DNA of 64,000 nucleotides from a virus. Every line of letters starts with the position of its first letter. Position 1 is the stretch's first letter. The translations under genes were made by a program, and so were the position numbers. This document shows positions 1-8,445 of this stretch, one piece after another. The notes under the pieces are model-generated. The model searched no databases. It had not been told where the DNA came from and was given only the letters and a program-made list of their open reading frames with translations. Where the stretch lies: UHGV virus genome UHGV-1430452; one strand, given 5' to 3'.

Positions 1-41
1 TGCAGGAGGGGGTGCATTTTTGCAGAGCCCCTCCCCCGGTC

Positions 42-302
42 TTAGAAAATAAATGGAATATCCTTTTTTACTTTTTTATAAATTCCTAAAGGATTCAACT
101 CAATTATTTCGTCAATCGCTCTTTCAATCTCTTCATCTTCTTCTTTCTGAGACATATCATCTGTAAGAACAGCAATACGTGCCAGATAGCCACATGTGTT
201 ATAACCTTTCTCTTCATCGAATCTTCTCCAAGAAGTGAAGTCATCGATCGGATCGAAAGGATTGTCCATTGTAGTCAACATGACTTTACTTTCTGTCATC
301 AC
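42..302 (-). CDS. hypothetical protein, 86 aa, acidic
   Basis: Uninterrupted ORF. Its start lies 3 nt downstream of the stop of the 1056-aa gene (coupled). No family recognised. Confidence 0.6.
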   Translation of the reverse strand: MMTESKVMLTTMDNPFDPIDDFTSWRRFDEEKGYNTCGYLARIAVLTDDMSQKEEDEEIERAIDEIIELNPLGIYKKVKKDIPFIF

Positions 303-304
303 TC

Positions 305-3300
305 TTACTTCACTCCTTTCAAATACTTAGATACTGTCGATGTAGAAACTCCCATCTTCTTAGCAATCTGTTCAAGTGTATAGTTAGATGCAGCCATTGC
401 TTTAGCTCTACTAACTTGTGCACTGCTTAGACTGTTGGTTAGTCTAGGAGTTGCTCGTTCTCTAAGGTTATCGATGTCTGTTGTGTTAAGGATTCTCTTA
501 AGCTGATTCTCACTAACAGCACCAGCTTGTATAGCTTCCCATTCTTTGTCACTGATCTCTATGTTACGATCTCTTCTAGAGATAGAGCCAACCTCTTGTC
601 TATACTTATTCAACGCCTGTTGGCTAAGCTTTCTCAACGGTTCTCCTTTAAGCTCTTCACCATGTTCTTCAAGGTAAGCCTTCTTCTTAGCTGCTATCTC
701 GGAATTAGCTTTTCGTTGAGCAGTTCTTTCTTTAATCTTATTGAGATCTGACTTATCGACTCTCTCCATTAAAGACTTAACCTCATCTCTATACGCAGCC
801 TTAGCACTTGCTGTTGTTTCGATCTTTCCTGTGTTAGCCATAGCTAATCTAGCTTTGTTACCAAGAGCTTTCATCTCATTAGCGTAGTCCGCATAGATAA
901 GTTCCATAGGATGTCTAGCTTTAGATACTAATTTATAAGCATCATCAGTCTCAGCCATCTTAGTACTTTGCTGCATACGGGTTTTAGTACGATATGTAAT
1001 ATCACCAGCGGCATTAGTATAGGTTACTTTCCCAGTGACGGGGTCTTTTTTCTCAATAGGGTTATACCTTTCGTAAGCTGCCTTATCTTTGGGATCATAT
1101 TCAATCTTCTTGCCATCAGCTGTTCGCACGGTAATAAGACCGGTCTTCTTATCTCGTTTTCTATCGACATAATATAGATCGTCGGCCTTCTTCCAAAGCT
1201 TGGCTCCATCTGGTTTGGTGGGGTCATAATCTTTACTACCTGGGATGTTTATTTTATATGAGCCTTGTCTTTTCTCAACTGAATATTGTCCCTTTGATCT
1301 TGATAAAATGGTAGAAGCTCCACCTGATCTTTCATTTCCGTCATCGTCAATACGAACCTGATACTTCTTTTTAAGTGCAGCAATATTGTTATCTATCTCA
1401 CTTTGTTTGTAATCAAGATGATGTTTCTCAGCATCAATAACAACCATGCTATGCTTAACTGCTCTTGCCAATTCTTTTTCATCAGCTCCAGCTAAAGTCA
1501 TATCAGTAATAAGATTGGATACAACACCCATCTGAGTTCCAGTGTTTTTCATGATGGGATATGCTTTTCCATTACGATAATAACGAACATTACCATCTGC
1601 ATCCTTCTTAGCAACACCACCATATTCAACCTTAGGATCAAATCCTTCAAGATCTTCAAGAGGTCGCTTATTAAGAATTTTTACCTTTCCACCTGGATCA
1701 TTGGTAGGAATACACATAACAGTATCGCCATCAAAGTCTGCACCTGAAAGCTGATCAGCAATCTTATGATTAATGCCGACTGCATCGATACTTTGTTTGC
1801 CAATTATTTTATCTCCCAGTGGATTCTTATTGTTAACTGTTAAGATAGGAATTTCAAATCGTCCGCCATGAGGATAACGAATAAGAGCGAGCTTAGTTCC
1901 ACTCTCGTAGTTTGGAGCATATACTTCATTGTCTTTTAAAGAGTTTATTGGAATAATAACGTGGTACTTCTGTCCAGGTAACGCTGCTGCTTTTAAATGT
2001 ACAGCCGCTGCATCGCAGCTATCTGCAAATTTCTCAAGCATATGTTTCTTAATAGTAGGATTAGTAATAGACATATACTCATCAAACTCAGCAAACTTAT
2101 CTTTCTTAGCAAGATCTAACTGTTTCTTAGCTAGAGTCTGTGACTGTTTAGCCAGGAACTGAGATGGTAATGCGTCCTGCCAATCATCCCAATCTCCTTC
2201 ATCGGATCTCTTATTAATGAGACCTAATTTCTTCTTACCGGTCTTAGGATCGTCATACCAATACTGTCCACCCTTGTCAGCATCTTTTATAAGAGAGCCA
2301 AATGGATTGTCTGGATCATCTTTCTTAATATTTTTAAGAACCGTACTTGTTTTATCGCCTAAAGCTGGAGTACCTTTTTTCTTATTCGTATTAAATATGA
2401 CATCTACTCCATCAGGCATGTTGTCAGAATATACTGCCATACCTTTAAGATAATGAGTTCCATCTACAAGAATACGAACCTGTGAATATCGTGAATCACC
2501 GAGATCAAGATCTTTACATCCTCTGCGAAGTTCAATGATACCGTCCTTATCAATACCCTTAAATCCATCAGCACCGACATCGTCTGCATATCGAACCATT
2601 AAACGTTTTGAATCAAGACTTGCAGGATATGTAAACTTCTTCTGGAATGTATCTCCTCCGTCTATTGATTCATAATCGTTAATTGTCTTTACTCTATCGT
2701 AGTCGTAGATTTCTTTATGTGCCGTTCCTGGTTTACAAAGAACTTTCTGGATGGTCTGTTGTCCTTTTGTATTTATCTGAGGAATACCACCAGTATACAC
2801 AGGATAACCTTCTGCTTTCTGTAAGTAATCAAGAGCAGTATTCAATCGTTCTTTGGATATGCCAAGAGATTTTTCAACACCAGCTGTTACATCGATCATA
2901 CCTTTTTGATCAACATGCTCTCGCAGAAAATCTACAGTCTCCATTGCCTGATGCATACGGTCTTCAGACTTAGGATTAAGAAGAGACCTTACTGTGGACT
3001 CTGGAATACCCATTTCTCTACCGATGGCAGTTGCTCCAAGTCCATCTTCTTTTAAAGATTTAGCTCTAGCTACCTGTTGTAATCTTTCTTCATAACCAGC
3101 CCAACTAATCTGCCTTCTATATTCTGTAGTTGTTAAGTCCATGGATTTAGCTATCGCATTATCTCCGGTCCAGGTCTTACCATTATCATCAGTGTAAGTA
3201 AAACCGGCTTTCTTAAGCTCTTTAACTCTTGCGAGGAAATCGGAACCATGTTGGTATCTATCTTTTCCACTTCCATAAGGATACCTACCGCTGCGGCGAG

Positions 3301-3475
3301 GCATACCATAATGCATAAGTTCATCTTCATTCGCGCTGTCTAAGCGATCAGACCAACCAAAATAAGAAAGGATCTCGTCAGCAACGGTGAACTCTTCATC
3401 GCTGTGCTCAAGATCCTCTTCTCCAAATATAGATTCTACAAGTTCGTTCAACGGAGGTTTCTCTAAGAACTCCAT
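305..3475 (-). CDS. single-chain two-barrel RNA polymerase homolog (YonO/RdRP-like) with N- and C-terminal HTH modules
   Basis: Beta-like DPBB signature YLKGMAVYSDNMPDGVDVIFNTN. Beta-prime-like signature LIRYPHGG...LSGADFDGDTVMCIP (DFDGD encoded ~1723-1740). HTH-like segments LGATAIGREMGIPESTVRSLLNP and YTLEQIAKKMGVSTSTVSKYLKG. Confidence 0.65.
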   Translation of the reverse strand: MEFLEKPPLNELVESIFGEEDLEHSDEEFTVADEILSYFGWSDRLDSANEDELMHYGMPRRSGRYPYGSGKDRYQHGSDFLARVKELKKAGFTYTDDNGKTWTGDNAIAKSMDLTTTEYRRQISWAGYEERLQQVARAKSLKEDGLGATAIGREMGIPESTVRSLLNPKSEDRMHQAMETVDFLREHVDQKGMIDVTAGVEKSLGISKERLNTALDYLQKAEGYPVYTGGIPQINTKGQQTIQKVLCKPGTAHKEIYDYDRVKTINDYESIDGGDTFQKKFTYPASLDSKRLMVRYADDVGADGFKGIDKDGIIELRRGCKDLDLGDSRYSQVRILVDGTHYLKGMAVYSDNMPDGVDVIFNTNKKKGTPALGDKTSTVLKNIKKDDPDNPFGSLIKDADKGGQYWYDDPKTGKKKLGLINKRSDEGDWDDWQDALPSQFLAKQSQTLAKKQLDLAKKDKFAEFDEYMSITNPTIKKHMLEKFADSCDAAAVHLKAAALPGQKYHVIIPINSLKDNEVYAPNYESGTKLALIRYPHGGRFEIPILTVNNKNPLGDKIIGKQSIDAVGINHKIADQLSGADFDGDTVMCIPTNDPGGKVKILNKRPLEDLEGFDPKVEYGGVAKKDADGNVRYYRNGKAYPIMKNTGTQMGVVSNLITDMTLAGADEKELARAVKHSMVVIDAEKHHLDYKQSEIDNNIAALKKKYQVRIDDDGNERSGGASTILSRSKGQYSVEKRQGSYKINIPGSKDYDPTKPDGAKLWKKADDLYYVDRKRDKKTGLITVRTADGKKIEYDPKDKAAYERYNPIEKKDPVTGKVTYTNAAGDITYRTKTRMQQSTKMAETDDAYKLVSKARHPMELIYADYANEMKALGNKARLAMANTGKIETTASAKAAYRDEVKSLMERVDKSDLNKIKERTAQRKANSEIAAKKKAYLEEHGEELKGEPLRKLSQQALNKYRQEVGSISRRDRNIEISDKEWEAIQAGAVSENQLKRILNTTDIDNLRERATPRLTNSLSSAQVSRAKAMAASNYTLEQIAKKMGVSTSTVSKYLKGVK

Positions 3476-3478
3476 TCA

Positions 3479-4105
3479 TCACACCTCCTCGTTCATTCGC
3501 TCCAATGTTTTGCTATGCTGAATAATCGCATCCATTACAGGAAGGATTTCTTCTGCTGTAGGATTGTGGAATATAACTTCGTCGTTCTGGTAGATTCGCA
3601 ATTCAGTTTCAATCTCTCCAGGTTTGACTTTATACTCCAAACAAAAAAGAGCCGCATACACAAGTAGCTGCTCCATCTTCGCCGGAATTATACCGGACTT
3701 ATAATCATGTATTCTTAAGAAATTATTTCGGAATGAAATGGCATCTGCTGTACCGAAACAGTAATCAGAGTAATATAAGATCTGTTCCGGTGTTAACTTA
3801 AACCCAATTGCGTCATTAACGTAGGTCATAAAGTTACTGTAAATACGATCCATGTCTATAACATTTCTTGGGATACCGTCATTAAGTAGATGGGACAGTA
3901 CAGTTAACTTATCACCTTTCTTGAGTTTTAAGTTGTTGGATATTAATGTTTCAGCCAACTCGTGAAGCGATGTTCCCATGCTCTGCGCATAACCGCTAGC
4001 ATATTTCTGATAAAGCTGCTCTTCGGTATATCGCAACCAGTGAGGTTGGCTAGGAGCCAGGAAAGCATGTTTACCTCGCAGATTCAAATGCTTTTCGAAA
4101 ATCAT
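3479..4105 (-). CDS. PD-(D/E)XK superfamily nuclease (RecB/Cas4-like fold)
   Basis: GTADAISF...LRIHDYKSG gives a D...D-x-K nuclease core. It sits beside a second nuclease in the replication/recombination context. Confidence 0.55.
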   Translation of the reverse strand: MIFEKHLNLRGKHAFLAPSQPHWLRYTEEQLYQKYASGYAQSMGTSLHELAETLISNNLKLKKGDKLTVLSHLLNDGIPRNVIDMDRIYSNFMTYVNDAIGFKLTPEQILYYSDYCFGTADAISFRNNFLRIHDYKSGIIPAKMEQLLVYAALFCLEYKVKPGEIETELRIYQNDEVIFHNPTAEEILPVMDAIIQHSKTLERMNEEV

Positions 4106-4119
4106 TTAATGGTTCCTCC

Positions 4120-4410
4120 TTATTTGTTAAATGTTTTTCTGAGATCGTCCAGGACTTGGTCCTTGTTCTCAGGAAATATAAATGCTGAGTGTGACATCTC
4201 ATTCATTTTATCTACATAGTAATCCTGATTTGGCTGATGTTTTGCCGTAGCGCTCTTCTTCACTTCTAATGCGCACCATTTATCTTTGTAGAGAACTAAT
4301 AAGTCCGGAACTCCCTGTAAATATGTTGGATCATTTTTCAGGACCATACATCCTGGGAATTCTTTCTTAAGCTCTTTGATAAGTTTTGCTTGAAATTTGT
4401 TCTCTAACAT
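4120..4410 (-). CDS. VRR-NUC domain nuclease
   Basis: GVPDLLVLYKDKWCALEVKK is the PD...ExK motif typical of small VRR-NUC proteins. The 96-aa size fits. Confidence 0.7.
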   Translation of the reverse strand: MLENKFQAKLIKELKKEFPGCMVLKNDPTYLQGVPDLLVLYKDKWCALEVKKSATAKHQPNQDYYVDKMNEMSHSAFIFPENKDQVLDDLRKTFNK

Positions 4411-4437
4411 ATGTATTGCCTCCTCACGTAAATCACA

Positions 4438-4511
4438 TGGACCCTCTGGGATTCGAACCCAGGACCGTCCGGTTATGAGCCGGATGCTCTAACCAACTGA
4501 ACTAAAGGTCC
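4438..4511 (-). tRNA. tRNA with CAU anticodon (Met or lysidine-modified Ile2)
   Basis: Reverse complement GGACCTTTAGTTCAGTTGGTTAGAGCATCCGGCTCATAACCGGACGGTCCTGGGTTCGAATCCCAGAGGGTCCA folds as a canonical cloverleaf. 7-bp acceptor, GTTCGAATC T-loop, anticodon loop CTCATAA. Confidence 0.88.
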
Positions 4512-4547
4512 GCCTATTATAAAGAAAAGAGAAAAATAGACTTTTCT

Positions 4548-4577
4548 CTCATAAAAGGGCAAGAAAATTTCGTGAAT
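4548..4577 (-). promoter_or_regulatory. phage promoter-like motif (variant TTCACGAAAATTTTC...CCCTTTTATGAG) upstream of the tRNA
   Basis: Member of the ~35-copy motif family. It is part of a ~60-bp direct repeat with 4678-4740. Confidence 0.55.
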
Positions 4578-4677
4578 AGGGTGTGTACTTTTATATGTAA
4601 ATTTAGATAAGACCGGGAGCCATGAAGGACATCCCGGTACGTTCCAAAAATATAAATAGAAAGAAAATAGACCATCT

Positions 4678-4707
4678 CTCTATAAAAGGGTCAGAAATTT
4701 TCGTGAA
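4678..4707 (-). promoter_or_regulatory. phage promoter-like motif, duplicate of 4548-4577
   Basis: Near-identical repeat copy. It is followed on the minus strand by hairpin ACCGGGA/TCCCGGT (about 4611-4640). Confidence 0.5.
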
Positions 4708-4757
4708 TAGGGTGTGTACTTTTTATATGTAAATATCAATAAATGAGATCGTATGTA

Positions 4758-5195
4758 TTAATCTATAGCTTCAAAGTGTAGACCTTTCGTATTGTTGTAG
4801 AAATCGTAGTTACAGCATTTACTTATTGTGGCTTCGTTCATTCCTATAGCTTTACTGCATTCCCTGATAGATTCATAAACTTCTCCAGTTTCCACAATAC
4901 GAATCTTTTTATTGCATCGCCTCCTTTCCAAATTATCAATTCTATTGTTACGTTTGTTACCATCGATATAACCGACACATGGTTTTCCTGGTTCTTCATC
5001 AAGAAATGCGTCAGCCACTAGTCGACCAACGCGCTTTGTTATTCTTCTGCCGTTCTCCTTGACCTTCACTGTTTCGTAACCCTTGTTATCAAGGCATGGA
5101 GTAAGTATTCTTCCAGTCTTTGAGTTCCTAACTCTTCCTTCGCTGCTTACCTCATATCCTTCAGCAATATTACTATCGATCCATTGTTCTTCCAT
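4758..5195 (-). CDS. NUMOD4/HNH-like homing endonuclease paralog with degenerate HNH motif
   Basis: N-terminal W..I..GYEVSSEGRVRN (NUMOD4). Central VGYIDGNKRNNRIDNLE, where Tyr replaces the first His of the HNH_3 motif. C-terminal ETGEVYESIRECSKAIGMNEATISKC (NUMOD1-like HTH). Confidence 0.7.
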   Translation of the reverse strand: MEEQWIDSNIAEGYEVSSEGRVRNSKTGRILTPCLDNKGYETVKVKENGRRITKRVGRLVADAFLDEEPGKPCVGYIDGNKRNNRIDNLERRRCNKKIRIVETGEVYESIRECSKAIGMNEATISKCCNYDFYNNTKGLHFEAID

Positions 5196-5206
5196 CGATA
5201 ACCTCC

Positions 5207-5713
5207 TTATTCTACTTTCTCAAACGTGTAACCTCCGCAAGTTCTCAATCTTCCTCGTAAATACTGTGACAACATACTTTGACTTATCCCAAGCGTTTTA
5301 GCACATTCGTTCAAAGATTCATATACCTCTCCGTTCTCTTTACATCTAACTTTTATTCGATTACTTCTACCACCACCATATGGTTTCATCAATCCATCTC
5401 GTATGGCGTATTGCACATTTTCTTTTCTTGTACACCATTCAAGATTATCTGCGTGGTTATTTGTTTTATCTCCATCTTTGTGATGAACATCTAGACCTGG
5501 ATAAGGTCCGCCTAGAAATGCTTCGGCCACGAGAATATTAACTCTCTTTTGAAACCCATATCCGCATCTAGATAATGTTACAGTTTTATAACCTTTGCTG
5601 TCAGTTCCTTGTTTTAGAATTCTTCTAGTATCGATATTCCTAACCTTGCCAGTATTACTAACTTCATATTGCGAACCAAAATCATGCACCGCCTCCCATT
5701 CTTCAACTTTCAT
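5207..5713 (-). CDS. HNH homing endonuclease (NUMOD4 + HNH + NUMOD1-like HTH)
   Basis: QYEVSNTGKVRN, then VHHKDGDKTNNHADNLEW (intact HNH), then ENGEVYESLNECAKTLGISQSMLSQYL. Confidence 0.8.
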   Translation of the reverse strand: MKVEEWEAVHDFGSQYEVSNTGKVRNIDTRRILKQGTDSKGYKTVTLSRCGYGFQKRVNILVAEAFLGGPYPGLDVHHKDGDKTNNHADNLEWCTRKENVQYAIRDGLMKPYGGGRSNRIKVRCKENGEVYESLNECAKTLGISQSMLSQYLRGRLRTCGGYTFEKVE

Positions 5714-5920
5714 ATAGCCGTTCTCTTCTAACCATTGACAATAATCATAAAATCATCCTTCTTTCTTATACTCTTTCCATTGCTCCAATGGACTCTTTTC
5801 TTCGAAATCATCAAACTCGTCGTACTCGTCATACATAAACGCATTCTCCTTTCTAAATTTGTTTTAATATAAGTTCGAAAACAAAAGAAGAGGTTGAAAA
5901 TATCAATCTCATCTTTCTTT

Positions 5921-5948
5921 CTATAATAGGGCGTGTAATTTTCGCGAG
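5921..5948 (-). promoter_or_regulatory. phage promoter-like motif copy
   Basis: Plus strand ctataatagggcgtgtaattttcgcgag. It lies between a terminator (5979-6016) and a short leader/mini-ORF that precedes the HNH gene. Confidence 0.55.
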
Positions 5949-5978
5949 CCGACTTATCTTATATCAAGATTCGTAGAC

Positions 5979-6016
5979 AAAAAGAAGAGGCCGGGAATCA
6001 ATCCCGAAACCTCCTC
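5979..6016 (-). terminator. intrinsic terminator
   Basis: Minus strand: GAGG..CGGGATTGATTCCCG..CCTC hairpin followed by TTCTTTTT. It sits directly after the stop of 6023..6406. Confidence 0.7.
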
Positions 6017-6022
6017 ATTCTG

Positions 6023-6406
6023 TTAAACTTCTTCGTTTACTCCGATAGATACTACTCCTCCGATCAACTGATCTGGCTTCCAATCGTAAGCATCACATAA
6101 TTCTTTTCCAAAGTTACCGAGTTCTGATAATGGAACTCCGTCTGTCCAAATATCAAACCATTTATCTGGATTGTGACTCGATACTTCTGTTACCCCTTTC
6201 TGTAATAAAGTTTCTGGTACTTCCAGTTTCTTTAGTTTTGGATCAGGAATACTCGGAAGTTTATCCCAGTCAAAATCCTCAAATTTAGGTTTCTTTTTGG
6301 TTACAACGAATATAACTCCACCAGCTATCACTAGCCCGGTTCCAATAAGAATTTCCTTCTTGTGTTCCTTTACAAATATTTTTGCTTTCTCAAGTTTTTC
6401 TTTCAT
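6023..6406 (-). CDS. membrane-anchored protein, 127 aa
   Basis: N-terminal KAKIFVKEHKKEILIGTGLVIAGGVIFVV (TM). The N-terminus is paralogous to that of 21042..21398. Confidence 0.65.
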   Translation of the reverse strand: MKEKLEKAKIFVKEHKKEILIGTGLVIAGGVIFVVTKKKPKFEDFDWDKLPSIPDPKLKKLEVPETLLQKGVTEVSSHNPDKWFDIWTDGVPLSELGNFGKELCDAYDWKPDQLIGGVVSIGVNEEV

Positions 6407-6473
6407 AGTTTTGTTCTCCTTTCGACTTAAACAATTTTGTTTATTTGCATAATAGGAGTTGTTTATTTAGCGT

Positions 6474-6513
6474 AAAAAAAAGGAAAGCCCAAGTCGTTTT
6501 GACCTGGGTCTTT
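6474..6513 (-). terminator. intrinsic terminator
   Basis: Minus strand AAAGACCCAGGTCAAAACGACTTGGGCTTT hairpin followed by a T8 run. Confidence 0.7.
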
Positions 6514-6529
6514 GCCTTTAGATAATAGT

Positions 6530-7027
6530 TTAAATGATATCTTTATGTTCACCTTTAAACCATAAAGAACCATCCTCGAAACCTTCAATCAGTACACAAG
6601 TTCCGACAATATCGGTTTCGTGCTTATTATGTTCCACAACCAAACGATTACCTACTGTTTTCCATGACGATAAAGCTCGTTCGTATTTTACTTTTGTATT
6701 ATACGCAGACACATATCTCTTTTCGTAACCGTCCAATCTCTGTTTTAATTTCTTTACCTCATCACCATCCGGTTTCTCTTTTTCAGTTTGCTCTTTCAAT
6801 CTGTCAAGAGTTTCCGTGATATTGTAAGGTAATTCCTTCAATCTGTTCTTGGAAGTACTCAAGTTTTTTGCTGCTTGCTTATGTAAATAATTCTCAAGCT
6901 TATCGATCTTGTCGATAATGTTCTTTGCGGTATCAATCACGATCCAATTAGAACCAAGTTTTGTACCTAAATAAATAATTTCGTTTTCTTCCTGTTTCTT
7001 TAAAAAGTTGATAAATGTTGTTTTCAT
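6530..7027 (-). CDS. hypothetical protein, 165 aa
   Basis: Uninterrupted ORF preceded by a promoter motif (7061-7088). No family recognised. Confidence 0.65.
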   Translation of the reverse strand: MKTTFINFLKKQEENEIIYLGTKLGSNWIVIDTAKNIIDKIDKLENYLHKQAAKNLSTSKNRLKELPYNITETLDRLKEQTEKEKPDGDEVKKLKQRLDGYEKRYVSAYNTKVKYERALSSWKTVGNRLVVEHNKHETDIVGTCVLIEGFEDGSLWFKGEHKDII

Positions 7028-7088
7028 AAATATACCCCTTTCTTTAAATAAACTATTTTTCTATAAAGGGAGATGTTTATTTAGCGAG

Positions 7089-7529
7089 TTAATCCATGTT
7101 CACTAATTCGTGAATTGAACATTTCAATGCTCTCGCCATTTTTATCAGATTACGAGAATTCGGAGTGGCTAGACCGTTTGTGTATTTACTTATCGTAACC
7201 TGAGTGACACCTATCTTTTCAGCTAATCGATCTTGTGTCATAGCTACGTTTCTCATTTTCCGATTTAGATTACGAGCAAATATCTTTCTCCATTCTTCTT
7301 CTGAAATGTCAATTGAATCTTCGTTGCCTGGATCATGAATCAGATAGGCTTGTCTATTAAGAAAATCATAAGCATACTTTTTACCGCCTTTGATCTTTAC
7401 CGTGATCTCTAATTGTGCACTAGGATACCAATCTAACATTTCTTCCGCTAGATTAGGATAATCCTGACAAAATGCTTCATATACGGGTTTCCAATATTTT
7501 TTACCGTCATTCATCTTAAGTCCCTCCAT
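7089..7529 (-). CDS. XRE-family HTH DNA-binding protein
   Basis: C-terminal MTQDRLAEKIGVTQVTISKYTNGLATPNSRNLIKMARALKCSIHELV. It sits directly beside the iteron array. Confidence 0.75.
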   Translation of the reverse strand: MEGLKMNDGKKYWKPVYEAFCQDYPNLAEEMLDWYPSAQLEITVKIKGGKKYAYDFLNRQAYLIHDPGNEDSIDISEEEWRKIFARNLNRKMRNVAMTQDRLAEKIGVTQVTISKYTNGLATPNSRNLIKMARALKCSIHELVNMD

Positions 7530-7542
7530 TTCTTAAAGATTG

Positions 7543-7969
7543 AATTATGTGCAGACCGAAATTCGTGAAAAATAAAAAAAATACATTTTTAAATTAATAT
7601 ACAACTACTTTATACTTTGGTTATATAACTAAAGTATAAAGTTACCTTACAACAATATATAAAGAAAAAATTATTTTTTACGAATTATGTGCAGACCGAA
7701 ATTCATTTTTACCGTTTTTAGGGCCAAAATGACCGAAAATAGCCAATTTAGCCCCATTTTTGACGAAAAGTGCCGAATTATTAGCAGACCAAAAATAATT
7801 ATTAGCAGACCAAAATTCTATTTTACCATCATTTTCTTATTTATTAGCAGACCAAAAATACCATTTTCCTATTTATTAGCAGACCGAAATTCGGAATTAT
7901 TAGCAGACCAAAAATAGCAAAAACTGAATTATTAGCAGACCAAAAATAATTATTAGCAGACCAAAATTC
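7543..7969. repeat. iteron array: 9 copies of ~21-bp unit (A/T)ATTATTAGCAGACC(A/G)AAA(A/T)T
   Basis: Copies at 7543, 7683 (TGTGCAGACCGAAATTC variant), 7776, 7798, 7839, 7871, 7894, 7926 and 7948. All are direct, and the region is non-coding and AT-rich. Confidence 0.85.
7607..7642. promoter_or_regulatory. 36-bp near-perfect palindrome inside the iteron region
   Basis: ACTTTATACTTTGGTTATATAACTAAAGTATAAAGT with one mismatched pair. It is flanked by A/T runs between iteron copies 1 and 2. Confidence 0.8.
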
Positions 7970-7977
7970 GGCATATC

Positions 7978-8262
7978 TTACACATAATCGTCCTCATCTA
8001 TGTCGTCTTCATACTCAAATTCATCATTATAATCGTCACTACCAGATCCATATAACTCTTTTAAAGCTTCTTGACGTTTGTTAATACTATCGATAGATGC
8101 TTTATATGTACTGATTCTGATAAACTCCGACATAGACATTCCGCTAAGTCTAGCTGCCCTCTCTATAGACGAATACTCCTCGTCATTGCATTTAGAGAAA
8201 ATAGGTTTTCTTCTCGCTCCAAACTTCAACGGCCTCCCACGTTTCTTTTTAACTTCTTCCAT
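7978..8262 (-). CDS. ribbon-helix-helix-like DNA-binding protein with acidic tail
   Basis: KKKRGRPLKFG...SKCNDEEYSSIERAARLSGMSMSEFIRIS. Paralogous to 9504..9674 and 12151..12354. Confidence 0.6.
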   Translation of the reverse strand: MEEVKKKRGRPLKFGARRKPIFSKCNDEEYSSIERAARLSGMSMSEFIRISTYKASIDSINKRQEALKELYGSGSDDYNDEFEYEDDIDEDDYV

Positions 8263-8268
8263 AAAATA

Positions 8269-8430
8269 TCAATCCTCCTCGCGAGCACTAGACGAACCAT
8301 AACGATCTAATTCAATATCTACACCCTGCAAATTATCATAATTATGTATGGTAAGATCTGTCGATACCGTACCACCAAGCAATAAATCACCGATATCCTC
8401 AATACTAAGTTTTACAATAATTCTACTCAT
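8269..8430 (-). CDS. hypothetical small protein, 53 aa
   Basis: Hand-translated MSRIIVKLSIEDIGDLLLGG...SSSAREED. GGAGG RBS. The stop TGA lies inside the next gene's RBS cassette. Confidence 0.5.
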   Translation of the reverse strand: MSRIIVKLSIEDIGDLLLGGTVSTDLTIHNYDNLQGVDIELDRYGSSSAREED

Positions 8431-8445
8431 AAATATCAATCCTCC

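Noticed and set aside
1-41. GC-rich hairpin GGAGGGG...CCCCTCC at the window edge
   Set aside because: It could be a terminator for a gene upstream of the window. Its context is truncated, so neither orientation nor function can be judged.
7687-7917. Plus-strand 76-aa ORF with repeated ISRPK peptide motif
   Set aside because: It is the literal translation of the iteron repeats (TTAGCAGACCAAAA). It has no RBS and lies in a non-coding A/T-rich regulatory gap.
7543-7969. Possible CRISPR array
   Set aside because: The repeats are only ~21 bp and A/T-rich. Their spacing is irregular, running from directly abutting to about 120 bp. Spacer lengths are not uniform and there are no cas genes. The array is better explained as iterons.
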